NCBI GenBank assembly: GCA_964592375.1
Contig: CAZQDP010000004.1
Location: 7,043-71,042 of the forward strand
DNA length: 64,000 bases
Origin: an uncultured Eubacteriales bacterium
GTDB lineage: Bacteria; Bacillota; Clostridia; RUG12999
Direction: 5' to 3'
Part shown: piece by piece, positions 17,459 through 27,593 of the stretch
Layout of the letters: every line of letters begins with the position of its first letter
How positions within the stretch are numbered: the first letter of the stretch is position 1
Program-made: the position numbers and the translations under genes
Notes under the pieces: generated by a model
Told to the model about the DNA's origin: nothing
Databases searched by the model: none
Seen by the model: only the letters and a program-made list of their open reading frames with translations

Positions 17459-20400
17459 TTGTATTTTAAAGCGCTTGAACTGCAAGGTTTTAAATCCTTT
17501 GCAGAAAAAATCAGGCTGGAATTCACCCCCGGCATTACCGGAATTGTAGGTCCCAACGGCAGTGGAAAGAGCAATATCTCGGATGCAATTAAGTGGGTAA
17601 TGGGGGAGATGAGCGTAAAATCTCTTCGAGGCAATAAGATGGAGGATGTCATTTTCGCCGGCACGGAAAAAAGAAATCCTGTTGGCTTTTGTGAAGTAAC
17701 CATTGTAATGGATAATGAGGATAGAGCGCTAAAGGTAGACTATGGCGAGGTAAGCGTAACAAGGCGAGTACATCGTTCGGGTGAGAGTGAATATTTTATC
17801 AATAAATCTTGTTGCAGACTGAAGGACATCTATGAACTTTTTATGGATACCGGTCTTGGCAGGGATGGTTATTCTATTGTGGGACAAGGGATGATTGATA
17901 ACATTATTACCGCCAAATCCACTGATCGCAGATATATATTTGATGAAGCCGCAGGAATTACAAAATATCGATATCGCAAAGATGAGACGACAAAAAAATT
18001 AGAAGCCGCAAAAGAAAATCTACTGCGAGTAGACGATATTCTAACAGAGCTCACCCAGAGGGTTGGCCCATTGCAGACTCAGTCCGAGAAAGCAAAAAAG
18101 TACCTTCTTTTGCGTGATGAAAAAAGGTCGCTTGAGGTAAACCTTTGGCTTGTGCAGATTGAAAAGCATAGAGAGCTGCTTGAGGATATGCACAGCAGTT
18201 ATGAAATTGCCAAGGAGCAGTCGGATAAGGCGCATAATGAAATAAAAGCACTTGAATTACAAATTGTGCGGCTGAAGGCGGATTTGAGAATATTAGAGGG
18301 CGAAATTGATGAGTCAATGGCACAGCTATACCATGTGGGAAGTGAAAAACAGCGAGAAGAAAACGAAATAGAACTTCTTGAAAACAATATAAGCAACACA
18401 TTTACAAATGCAGAAAAATTAAAAGGGCGAATGTCACTTGCCTCCGAGCGTCAAGCAGTATCGGGTGATTTTATTTTGCAGCTTGAAGAGGAAGTTGCAC
18501 AAATCAAGCAAAAACAAATGGATATAGAAGAGGAAATTCAAAATAAAAAAACATTGTTAAAAACCATGGAGGACAAGTTTTCGCAGCAATCCAGCATGGA
18601 AAATGAAATGAAAGAAAGTGCCGCAAGCAAGCTGAACAGCATTATTTTCAACACCTCAAAAAAAGAGGGAATTGTGCGTCTTTTGCAGAATATTGAGGAT
18701 AATATTTCTAGTAACGCAGAGAAATATCGTGCTCGAAAGGAAAAGTTGCAAGAGGTGACCGAAAAAGAGATCGCCGTGAAAAGGCAGTTGGAAGAGGCGG
18801 AATATGAAATAGGGCAAAAACAGGCGGAATATGAGCAAAAAAACAATGCAATAGTGCTTTTGGAGCAAAAAGCAAGTGCACTTTCAAAAAAGAGTGAAGA
18901 AGCACAGGCGCTTGAAAAATCACTTCTTAGCAAAAAGCGAATGCTAGAGGATTTGGAAAACGAGTTTGATGGGTATTCCAAAAGTGTGAAGGCGCTCATG
19001 CAAGCACATCAGGCATCTCAATTATCCGGTGCTCATATTCATGGTCCGCTGTCTACGCTTTTGCAAGTAGATCCTCGATATGTTACAGCAATTGAGGCCG
19101 CACTCGGCCCGGCTATGCAAAATATTGTAACCGACGCACAGGAGGATGCCAAAATTGCCATAGCGTATTTAAAATCAAACGCTTTAGGGCGAGCAACCTT
19201 TCTGCCCATTGCCGCCATGCGTGGCAAAACGCAGGATTATGGCGTGAAAAATGAAAAAGGGTATGTTGCCGTCGCTTGCGAAATTGTGGCGTGCGATAGT
19301 CAGTATCGATCAATTGTGGACTATTTACTGGGTAGAACCGTTATTGCGGAGCATATTGACAGTGCCATAGCCATGGCGAAGCGTCATAATCATCAGTTTC
19401 GTATTGTAACCCTTCAAGGTGAGCTAATCAATGCAGGCGGCTCCATTACTGGGGGGAGTATTCAATTTACCGGCAGTTTATCCCGCCGTGCACAAATTGA
19501 AGAAATTGCAAAAGAAATAAAGGCAATTGGTAAAGAAAAACCGCACCTTGCTACCGAGGTGGAAGAAGTTTATGAAAAGCTTGCAGAGGAAAAGCGTATA
19601 TTCGAGCGTACAAACCTCAGCTTATGGGAAATCAAAAATGCCATTGCGAGCCATATTGCCCAGCTTGCCGGATTATCTGATATGAAGGCAAGTGCTCAGG
19701 CGGAGCTTTTCAGCATTGAAAAAGAAGTTGCTACCTATCAGGAGCAAAAAGAGCAGTCAAGACTTGCTACTGAGGAAATTGATGCACAAAATCTAGCGCT
19801 TGAAATTGAGCTGAATAATAGTCGAAATCAATCGGACCTGCATATGGTAGATGCACAAAAGATGGAAGATGAAATGAAAAATACCAATGAGCAAATTCTA
19901 AACATATCAATTGCACTCTCGTCCTATATGAAGGATATTGAACTGAGAATGCTCAGAATGGAGGATGCAAAGCGCGAATTTGCAAACCTTGGTGCAGAGT
20001 GTATGCTTCTCAATAAAGAAGGGGATGAACTGCAAAGATTGATACAAACTGCAGAGCAAGATATTGCAGAGAAAAAGCAGAAAAAGCAGGACTTAGAAGA
20101 AAAAACGGAGCAAATAAGAATTGATACAGAAAGCAAAAAGAATGCGAAAGAGTTGTTGCAAAGCAAAATTGAAGAAAAGGAAAACCATGCAAAGCTTCTG
20201 ACGGAAGATAGCTTTATTCTACAAAGTCAGTTTGGGAAAATAGATGCAAAGAAAGTTCGAATTGAAGCAGAGCTTGAAGCCGTAATCGGAAAGCTGTGGG
20301 ATGAGTATGAACTGACATATATCACTGCTGTGGAGCTTCGCAAGTGCTTAGAATCTGATGCTTTGTCACAAAAACGCCTCAGTGAGCTGAAAAATGAAAT

Positions 20401-21007
20401 AAAAGCCCTGGGCAACATTAATATTGATGCCATTGAAGAATATAAGGTCGTCAAAGAGCGCTATGAATTCTTGTCCACCCAAAGGGAAGATCTTGAAAAT
20501 TCAAGAAGTGCTTTGCTCAAAATGATTGAAGAAATTACGAGCTTGATGACAGCGCTTTTTGAGGAAAATTTTGCACAGCTAAATATCTTTTTCAGCCAAA
20601 CCTTTGCTCAGCTTTTCGGTGGTGGCAGTGCAAAGCTGCGTCTGAGCGATCCCGAGAATGTTCTTGAAAGTGGCGTTGAAATAGATGTGCAACCACCCGG
20701 TAAAAAGCTACAGAGTATCACTTTGCTCTCCGGCGGCGAAAAAGCACTGACTGCAATATCATTACTCTTTGCCATTTTAAAACTTCAACCGACACATTTT
20801 TGCATTTTTGATGAAATAGATGCTGCACTTGATGATGTGAATGTACTGAAATATGCTACCTATTTAAAAAATCTCTCAGAATGCACGCAATTTATTATTA
20901 TTACGCACCGAAAACATACCATGGAGGCCGCAGATATGCTTTATGGCGTAACCATGCAAGAAAAAGGTGTTTCCACCCTTTTATCGCTAGATATGGGGAA
21001 AATTTAA
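17459..21007 (+). CDS. smc: chromosome segregation protein SMC
   Basis: N-terminal (M)YFKALELQGFKSF, Walker A GPNGSGKSN, long coiled coils, a hinge, C-terminal LSGGEKALTAISLLFA and Walker B FCIFDEIDAALD. TTG at 17459 lies 8 nt after AAGGAG and is preferred to GTG at 17450. Confidence 0.95.
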   Translation: MYFKALELQGFKSFAEKIRLEFTPGITGIVGPNGSGKSNISDAIKWVMGEMSVKSLRGNKMEDVIFAGTEKRNPVGFCEVTIVMDNEDRALKVDYGEVSVTRRVHRSGESEYFINKSCCRLKDIYELFMDTGLGRDGYSIVGQGMIDNIITAKSTDRRYIFDEAAGITKYRYRKDETTKKLEAAKENLLRVDDILTELTQRVGPLQTQSEKAKKYLLLRDEKRSLEVNLWLVQIEKHRELLEDMHSSYEIAKEQSDKAHNEIKALELQIVRLKADLRILEGEIDESMAQLYHVGSEKQREENEIELLENNISNTFTNAEKLKGRMSLASERQAVSGDFILQLEEEVAQIKQKQMDIEEEIQNKKTLLKTMEDKFSQQSSMENEMKESAASKLNSIIFNTSKKEGIVRLLQNIEDNISSNAEKYRARKEKLQEVTEKEIAVKRQLEEAEYEIGQKQAEYEQKNNAIVLLEQKASALSKKSEEAQALEKSLLSKKRMLEDLENEFDGYSKSVKALMQAHQASQLSGAHIHGPLSTLLQVDPRYVTAIEAALGPAMQNIVTDAQEDAKIAIAYLKSNALGRATFLPIAAMRGKTQDYGVKNEKGYVAVACEIVACDSQYRSIVDYLLGRTVIAEHIDSAIAMAKRHNHQFRIVTLQGELINAGGSITGGSIQFTGSLSRRAQIEEIAKEIKAIGKEKPHLATEVEEVYEKLAEEKRIFERTNLSLWEIKNAIASHIAQLAGLSDMKASAQAELFSIEKEVATYQEQKEQSRLATEEIDAQNLALEIELNNSRNQSDLHMVDAQKMEDEMKNTNEQILNISIALSSYMKDIELRMLRMEDAKREFANLGAECMLLNKEGDELQRLIQTAEQDIAEKKQKKQDLEEKTEQIRIDTESKKNAKELLQSKIEEKENHAKLLTEDSFILQSQFGKIDAKKVRIEAELEAVIGKLWDEYELTYITAVELRKCLESDALSQKRLSELKNEIKALGNINIDAIEEYKVVKERYEFLSTQREDLENSRSALLKMIEEITSLMTALFEENFAQLNIFFSQTFAQLFGGGSAKLRLSDPENVLESGVEIDVQPPGKKLQSITLLSGGEKALTAISLLFAILKLQPTHFCIFDEIDAALDDVNVLKYATYLKNLSECTQFIIITHRKHTMEAADMLYGVTMQEKGVSTLLSLDMGKI

Positions 21008-21028
21008 ACAAGAAAGGATATAAGCAAC

Positions 21029-21949
21029 GTGGGATTATTTGATATATTAAAGGCAGGCATTGGGAAAACAAAGGAATCATTTTCACAAAAAATGGAAGAT
21101 GTATTTCATATTTTCAAAAAGGTAGATGAGGAACTTTTTGATGAACTCGAGGAAGCGCTCATCATGGCGGATGTTGGTGCTACTACGGCCGCTCAAATTA
21201 TTGATAAGCTAAGAGCAGAGGCAAAGCGCCTGCATATCACCGAGGCACAGCTGCTTCGCAACTCATTATGTGATATAATAGAGCAAATGCTGAGTAAAAA
21301 TAGAATACAAAAAAAGGAAGCTACGCTTCGAATTATATTCATTATCGGTGTGAACGGTGTTGGTAAAACTACTACCATCGGTAAGCTTGCCCATTTATAT
21401 CAGCGACAAGGCAAAAAGGTACTCGTTGCAGCCGGCGATACTTTTCGCGCTGCGGCCATTGACCAACTTACCATTTGGGCTCAGCGAGCGGGCGTGGATA
21501 TTATAAAGCAAAGTGAAGGCTCCGACCCAGCTGCCATTATTTTTGATGCCGTAAATGCGGCGCAAAGCAGAGGTCATCATATATTGATATGTGATACGGC
21601 AGGCCGCCTCCACAACAAAAAAAATCTTATGGCGGAACTGCAAAAAATGCTCAAGGTCGCAGCCAACCTAGCACCAGATGCGGAAAAGGAAGTTTTGCTG
21701 ATTTTGGATGCAACAACAGGGCAGAATGCACTAAGTCAAGCCAAGCTATTTGGTGAGGTTGCTGATATTACCGGTATTGTGCTAACAAAGATTGATGGCA
21801 CGGCCAAAGGCGGCGTCATCATTGCCATCGGAAATGAACAAAATATTCCTGTTGAGTATATCGGTATTGGAGAGGGAATGCATGATTTGCAGGAGTTTTC
21901 TCCGAAGGATTTTGTCTTGGCACTGTTTAGCGATGAAAAAGAGGAGTGA
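21029..21949 (+). CDS. ftsY: signal recognition particle receptor FtsY (short form)
   Basis: NG domain motifs GVNGVGKTTTIGKLA, DTAGRL, TKIDGTAKGG. Confidence 0.95.
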   Translation: MGLFDILKAGIGKTKESFSQKMEDVFHIFKKVDEELFDELEEALIMADVGATTAAQIIDKLRAEAKRLHITEAQLLRNSLCDIIEQMLSKNRIQKKEATLRIIFIIGVNGVGKTTTIGKLAHLYQRQGKKVLVAAGDTFRAAAIDQLTIWAQRAGVDIIKQSEGSDPAAIIFDAVNAAQSRGHHILICDTAGRLHNKKNLMAELQKMLKVAANLAPDAEKEVLLILDATTGQNALSQAKLFGEVADITGIVLTKIDGTAKGGVIIAIGNEQNIPVEYIGIGEGMHDLQEFSPKDFVLALFSDEKEE

Positions 21950-24739
21950 GTGTATTTGAAGAAAAACATCATCATCGGCGCAATTGCTCTTGGTATCATT
22001 GCCATAGCGGTTGCTGTGGCATCGGCATATGTAAGTTATCTTGAAGTGCTGGAAATCGGCAACAATTTTACCGTTGTATTTTGGAAAAACTTATCGGTAA
22101 GGCTTATGATGCAATCAGGATTTTTTCTCTTGATATTCATTCTTGCCATTGTGACAAATCTTATTTTAAGGCGCAACCTGAATGTATGGGATGAAGATAC
22201 ACACTTTCTTGGGAAAGGCTGGCGGCTTTTTTGGATTAGTGCTTTGCTATCTGTTGTCGGCAGTACACTCATCGGGGAGAGTCTTTATTCCACGGTGCTT
22301 CCCGGGTTATATCCGGCTTGGTTTCGCATGACTGACCCTATTTTAGGTCATAACATCGGTTACTATGTATTCCAAAGACCAATGTTTATCGCTTTGGTGA
22401 ACAGCCTTTTGGCGATTGCTGTCTTTTTTATGGTGTATAGTCTGGTTTTGTATGCACTATACTTTGTTCGTAACGGACTTCCAAAGTTTTCTTATATTCT
22501 ATCCGACCAGAAGGGAATTATCGTACATCTGGTGGTCAATATCGCGCTGTGCTTTACAATTTTGGCGGTAAAACTTCATTTTTTGGCAGAAGATATTTTA
22601 TTTTTGGAAAAAGCATCAACAACCGGCGGCGGCTATACCGATGTGATGGTTTGGCTGAATTTTTATAAAATTGCACCTTTTTTGCTTCTGACAATTGTTG
22701 GCATATGCGTGTTGCTTTTGTTTAAGGCGAAGCTTGTTCAAATTCTCTATGCCTTGGCGAGCTTTCCGATGATATGGCTTCTTGTGGTGGTCATCGCTGC
22801 TTTTGTGCAAAATATTGTGGTAAAGCCAAATGAAGAAGCAAGTGAACGCTACTATATCCGCCACAGCATTGATTACACAAGAATGGCATACAACATAGCA
22901 AATATCTCGGAAAGCGAATATCCGATTTATAATAGCCTCAGTGCCGCGAATTTGCCAAACAACAGCGGGATTACCGACATCTTAAAAATTACTGACAGTA
23001 CGGCTACTTTAAATGCTTTTACGCAGTTGCAAAGCATGCGCAGCTATTATTCTTTTAAGGATGCAGATTTGGTTCCTTTTATGCAGGGAGGTAAAAAATA
23101 TGCAGGGCTAATTTCCTGCCGAGAGCTAAATGTACAAGAAAGCGCTCGCGTGCAGGGTCAATCCTATATCAATGAACGTATGAAATATACACATGGCTAT
23201 GGAGTGGTGATGAGCCTTGTTAATCAAACAACGCCGGAAGGGCAACCGAAGCTTTTGGTCAAGAATATTCCGCTTGAACAAGCGGAAGGAATGACTGCCA
23301 TTACCCAGCCACGCATTTATTTTGGTGAGGCCGCAAGTGGTTATGCCCTTGTGAACACAACATTAAAGGAAATGGACTATGCACAGGGCCAGCAGGAATT
23401 TGAAAATAGCTATGATGGGAACGCAGGTATTCCACTGAGTGGGTTCAAACGGATTTTGTTTGCAGCCAAATATGCAGATATGAATATGCTCACGACAAGT
23501 TATATTACAAAAGACAGTAAAATTCTGATTAATCGCAATATACAAGAAAGAGTACGAAAGGCTGCGCCTTTTATTTCTTTTGACACTAATCCATATATGG
23601 TTATCGCAGAAGATGGTTCATTAAAATGGATGGTAGACGGATATACAACCACAAAGTATTTTCCCTATGCGCAGGCGCATCAGGATATGAACTATATACG
23701 CAATAGCGTGAAAGCAGTGGTTGATGCATATAACGGATCGGTGGAGTTATATATTATCGACTACAACGACCCTATCATCAGTTGCTATCATAATGCATAT
23801 CCCGGGCTGTTTAATACCGGTGCTTTGCCATACGATATTGCAGCTCAAAATAAATACCCGGAGTACTTATTTAAAATTCAAGCAGAAATCTTAAAAAAAT
23901 ATCATGTTACCAATCCTTCGAAATTCTATGCCAAGTCCGATATTTGGGAAATTGCAAGAGAAAAGACCGGCATAAAAAGTGAAATTAAAAACATGGAACC
24001 AAATTTTAGCAGGGTGAATGCTTTTGGCCGTGAACAGCTTATGCTTATGCTCCCATACACCCTTGCCGGTGATGATAATAATCTGGTGGCAATGATTGCC
24101 GTATCCTCGGAAGGAGAAGATTACGGTAGCATGGTATCCTACGAATTCCCAAGGGGAGTTCGAGTGAGCGGCACACTGCAGATCGAAAACAAAATTGATA
24201 ATGATCCGAATATATCCAAAGAAATCAATGCGTTAAAGCAAGGCGGTTCCCGCATACAAAGAGGAAATATGCTCGCTATTCCTATTGAGAACTCTATTTT
24301 GTTTATAGAACCAATCTATACAGTGGCGGCAAATAATACAGCACTTTCGGAACTGAAAAAAATTGTGATCGTATACGGAGAAACCATTGTTATGGAAACC
24401 AATTTGCAAGATGCTTTCCAAAAACTATTCGACACCTATCAGCCGTCATTGCCGGAAGAGATTGTACCACCGGAAAAGCCCACTATCACCCTGCCGGAGG
24501 ACGTGAGCGAACTCATTTCTCGTGCGGTTTTAAAATATAGTGAGCTCAAGCAGTTTTTAGCTGAAAACGATTGGGTTAATTACGGAAAGGTAATGAAGGA
24601 ATTTGACGGTATCATGCAAGAATTTAGCGGCGCATCGTTTTCTTCACCTTCGCCTCAGCCGACAAAATCGCCGGAAAGCTCTCCCAAGACCAAGCCCACA
24701 CCGACTCCTTCTGTCAAGCCAACTCCTGTGGCACGGTAG
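21950..24739 (+). CDS. UPF0182 family membrane protein
   Basis: About 929 aa. Multiple N-terminal TM helices, then a large soluble region containing YIRNSVKAVVDAYNGSVELYI, and a Pro/Thr/Ser-rich tail. It starts immediately after the ftsY stop codon. Confidence 0.7.
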   Translation: MYLKKNIIIGAIALGIIAIAVAVASAYVSYLEVLEIGNNFTVVFWKNLSVRLMMQSGFFLLIFILAIVTNLILRRNLNVWDEDTHFLGKGWRLFWISALLSVVGSTLIGESLYSTVLPGLYPAWFRMTDPILGHNIGYYVFQRPMFIALVNSLLAIAVFFMVYSLVLYALYFVRNGLPKFSYILSDQKGIIVHLVVNIALCFTILAVKLHFLAEDILFLEKASTTGGGYTDVMVWLNFYKIAPFLLLTIVGICVLLLFKAKLVQILYALASFPMIWLLVVVIAAFVQNIVVKPNEEASERYYIRHSIDYTRMAYNIANISESEYPIYNSLSAANLPNNSGITDILKITDSTATLNAFTQLQSMRSYYSFKDADLVPFMQGGKKYAGLISCRELNVQESARVQGQSYINERMKYTHGYGVVMSLVNQTTPEGQPKLLVKNIPLEQAEGMTAITQPRIYFGEAASGYALVNTTLKEMDYAQGQQEFENSYDGNAGIPLSGFKRILFAAKYADMNMLTTSYITKDSKILINRNIQERVRKAAPFISFDTNPYMVIAEDGSLKWMVDGYTTTKYFPYAQAHQDMNYIRNSVKAVVDAYNGSVELYIIDYNDPIISCYHNAYPGLFNTGALPYDIAAQNKYPEYLFKIQAEILKKYHVTNPSKFYAKSDIWEIAREKTGIKSEIKNMEPNFSRVNAFGREQLMLMLPYTLAGDDNNLVAMIAVSSEGEDYGSMVSYEFPRGVRVSGTLQIENKIDNDPNISKEINALKQGGSRIQRGNMLAIPIENSILFIEPIYTVAANNTALSELKKIVIVYGETIVMETNLQDAFQKLFDTYQPSLPEEIVPPEKPTITLPEDVSELISRAVLKYSELKQFLAENDWVNYGKVMKEFDGIMQEFSGASFSSPSPQPTKSPESSPKTKPTPTPSVKPTPVAR

Positions 24740-24770
24740 GTTTCTTACACAAAGTTATGACATAAAAAAA

Positions 24771-24798
24771 GCAGTGCTACGATAAGCACTACTTTTTT
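24771..24798 (+). terminator. rho-independent terminator
   Basis: AGTGCT/AGCACT stem flanked by an A-run and TTTTTT. Confidence 0.6.
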
Positions 24799-24900
24799 GG
24801 CATTTTTCACGAAATCATCACAAATTGCACATAATAACAACAAAATTAAAATATATAATGGCTTTCATATAGTAAAATTCTTTAGGAGGCGCAGATACAT

Positions 24901-26847
24901 ATGCATATGCTTAAAGGCATTGGAGATAAGTTTAGAAAAAAAATGCAATCCAATAAAAAAGGTAAAAACCAATGGAAGGTTCCATCCATTATTGTCATTA
25001 TTCTTTTGGTAGCAGTTGGCTCATACTTTGGCTATGGTAAATTTATGGGCAAAAGTACATCGGCAGCTTTACAAACTGCAATGGTAACAAAAGGGAATAT
25101 TGTAAAAAGCATAGAAGGCAGTGGGACGATTGCCGCTATTGAACAATATGATATTACTTCTCTTGCAAAAGGAGAGATTTTAGCAGACCATTTTGAGGAA
25201 GGGCAGACGATTAAAAAAGGCGCTCTGATGTACGAAATAGATACCGCCGACGTGAGCAATACCGTTGCAAAAGCAGAGGCAGCAGTAGAAAAATCTCAGA
25301 TTACACTGAAACAAAGCACGGATGTTATTTCGAACTTAACCGTTACCGCGCCTATTGATGGTGTGCTATCCACCTTGTATGTTGCGGAAGGCGATAATAT
25401 CCAAAACAACACCAAAATTGCTGAAATTGTAAATACACAGCAAATGCTTTTAAAAGTAAAATTTAATGCAAATGATGCAAAGAAAATACAGGTGGGCGAG
25501 AAAGCAACGGTCAATCTGGAAAGCTCCTTTTCTTCTCTAACAGGAGAAGTGAAACGAGTGGGGAGCGGCGCATTGGTCAATGGAGATGGCGTTGCAGTTT
25601 CCATCATTGAGCTTGTGGTTCAAAATCCGGGTGGAATCATTCCCGGGGATCAGGCAACTGCGACCATATCCGGACTTGCTTGTAATGCGCCTGGAAGCTT
25701 TGAGTATCATGAGAAAAAAACGATGCTCTCTAAGGCGGCGGGAGAAGTAAATGGTCTTCGATACAAAGAAGGCGATACAATCAATAAGGGCAGCGTACTT
25801 TTGGAATTAGATAGTGACACGGCCAAAATCAGTGCAAAGCAAAATGAGTTATCTTTAAAGGATTCAAAAATCGCACTAGACAGCGCATCAGAACAGCTGA
25901 AAAATTATAATATTACCGCACCTATTTCCGGCAAGGTCATTCAAAAAACCTCAAAAGCAGGCGATAAACTTGATAGCTCCAGCAGTACAAAAACTGTCAT
26001 GGCCATTATTGCCGATCTTTCCACCCTTGTTTTTAAAATTAGTGTGGACGAACTGGATATTACAAATATTAAAGAAGGGCAAACTGTGGAAGTAACAGCG
26101 GATGCGCTTCCTGGAAAGACATATGCAGGTATTGTAGACAATGTCAGTATTGTTGGCACGGCTTCAAATGGTGTCACTTCTTATCCTGTGAAGGTGGTTA
26201 TCAAGGAGTGTGAGGGTTTAATACCGGGCATGAATGTGAATGCGAAAATTGTAGTTGCATCCAAAGAAAATGTATTGCGAGTACCGGTGTCCGCAGTCAA
26301 ACGAGGGAATATGGTTACGGTAAAATCCTCCGAGGGTGAAGCCGGTGAAGCGGATAAGATGACAAGGCCGGCAGATAAAGCTACGCCGGCAGGCAGTCCT
26401 GCTTCAGGTGAAAGACAGGGCGGCAGTAGAAATTCTGCTCAGCAGCAAACCAATGGTTCATCGGCGGAAGCATCAAAGGCTCAAAGCGGCCAGCAGACGC
26501 AAGGCAGCGCAGGCTCGCAAGGTGCGCAAAGCAGAGCAGGTAGCGGAAGCACTCCCCAAAGCACAAATGGCGGGACTGCAAAAACAAATTCATCCCAAGC
26601 CTCAACGCGAAGCAGTGTGCCTAGTGGCTATAAAAATGTCGTAGTCACCATTGGCCTGAGTGACGGGGAGTATGTGGAAATTGTAAGCGGACTTAATGAA
26701 GGCGATACTGTGCTGCTACCCACTCAGTCTACCACGGCTAGTGCCACCACAACGAGTACAATGCCATTTGGTGGTGGTTCAGGTGCTATGCCGGGCATGG
26801 GCGCTACCGGCGTTCGTATGGGTTCGGGAAGTACATCGCCTCGCTAA
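24901..26847 (+). CDS. HlyD/MacA-type periplasmic adaptor (membrane fusion) protein with low-complexity insert
   Basis: N-terminal TM anchor, biotinyl-lipoyl-like and coiled-coil hairpin segments (PIDGVLSTLYV, ITAPISGKVI), and beta-barrel/MP blocks. S/G/Q/A-rich insert at about 26326-26625. Confidence 0.8.
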   Translation: MHMLKGIGDKFRKKMQSNKKGKNQWKVPSIIVIILLVAVGSYFGYGKFMGKSTSAALQTAMVTKGNIVKSIEGSGTIAAIEQYDITSLAKGEILADHFEEGQTIKKGALMYEIDTADVSNTVAKAEAAVEKSQITLKQSTDVISNLTVTAPIDGVLSTLYVAEGDNIQNNTKIAEIVNTQQMLLKVKFNANDAKKIQVGEKATVNLESSFSSLTGEVKRVGSGALVNGDGVAVSIIELVVQNPGGIIPGDQATATISGLACNAPGSFEYHEKKTMLSKAAGEVNGLRYKEGDTINKGSVLLELDSDTAKISAKQNELSLKDSKIALDSASEQLKNYNITAPISGKVIQKTSKAGDKLDSSSSTKTVMAIIADLSTLVFKISVDELDITNIKEGQTVEVTADALPGKTYAGIVDNVSIVGTASNGVTSYPVKVVIKECEGLIPGMNVNAKIVVASKENVLRVPVSAVKRGNMVTVKSSEGEAGEADKMTRPADKATPAGSPASGERQGGSRNSAQQQTNGSSAEASKAQSGQQTQGSAGSQGAQSRAGSGSTPQSTNGGTAKTNSSQASTRSSVPSGYKNVVVTIGLSDGEYVEIVSGLNEGDTVLLPTQSTTASATTTSTMPFGGGSGAMPGMGATGVRMGSGSTSPR

Positions 26848-26897
26848 CGTGTAGCTCATTGTACTGTAAAAGCCATGGTAATCTTGGAGGGAACAAA

Positions 26898-27593
26898 ATG
26901 ATTGAGCTTAAGGATATTTATAAAATATATACAAATGGTGACAGTGAGGTAAGGGCCGTAGATGGCATTACACTATTTGTCGCGCAAGGGGAATTCATCG
27001 CAATTTTGGGCGCTTCTGGATCCGGAAAATCCACCTGCATGAACATTATCGGATGTTTGGATGTGCCATCTGCAGGTCAGTATTTTCTTGGTGGCGTGGA
27101 TGTAAGTGAGCTCAACGAATACGAGCTTGCACGAATTCGAAATAAGGAAATTGGATTTATTTTTCAGCAATATAACCTTATATCAAAACTAAATGTGCTT
27201 GAAAATGTAGAACTACCATTGGTTTACAGAGGCCTGAGTCTGCAAGAACGCAAGGAGATGGCAATGAAGGCTTTAGAAAGAGTTGGACTTTCAGAGAAAA
27301 TGCATAATCTGCCCTCTCAATTGTCCGGTGGTCAGCAGCAGAGAGTATCCATTGCCAGAGCCTTGGCAGGAAACCCTCCTGTTATTCTGGCAGATGAACC
27401 AACGGGAGCGTTGGATTCAAAAACAGGTAGAGAGGTATTGGATTTTATTAAAGAGCTCAATGCAGAAGGCAATACCATTATACTCATTACTCATGATCAT
27501 GCCGTAGCCAGTGAAGCAAACCGCATCATCAAAATTCATGATGGTAAAATCATTTCAGATGAGAGCAGGAGGACAAAAGAATATGAACTTTAA
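26898..27593 (+). CDS. ABC transporter ATP-binding protein (MacB/LolD type)
   Basis: Walker A GASGSGKST, Q-loop, signature LSGGQQQRVSIARAL, Walker B ILADEPTGALD, H-loop ITHD. ATG at 26898 follows GGAGGG. Confidence 0.92.
   Translation: MIELKDIYKIYTNGDSEVRAVDGITLFVAQGEFIAILGASGSGKSTCMNIIGCLDVPSAGQYFLGGVDVSELNEYELARIRNKEIGFIFQQYNLISKLNVLENVELPLVYRGLSLQERKEMAMKALERVGLSEKMHNLPSQLSGGQQQRVSIARALAGNPPVILADEPTGALDSKTGREVLDFIKELNAEGNTIILITHDHAVASEANRIIKIHDGKIISDESRRTKEYEL

Noticed and set aside
18538-18999. 153-aa Ser/Phe/Leu-rich minus-strand ORF, with several smaller ones, inside smc
   Set aside because: It is antisense to the Glu/Lys/Ala-rich coiled-coil of SMC. Such open antisense frames are expected from the codon bias there.
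26381-26644. Two alternative-frame ORFs (74 aa on the minus strand, 78 aa on the + strand) in the adaptor gene
   Set aside because: They fall inside the low-complexity S/G/Q/A-coding insert, where all frames stay open. They have no RBS.
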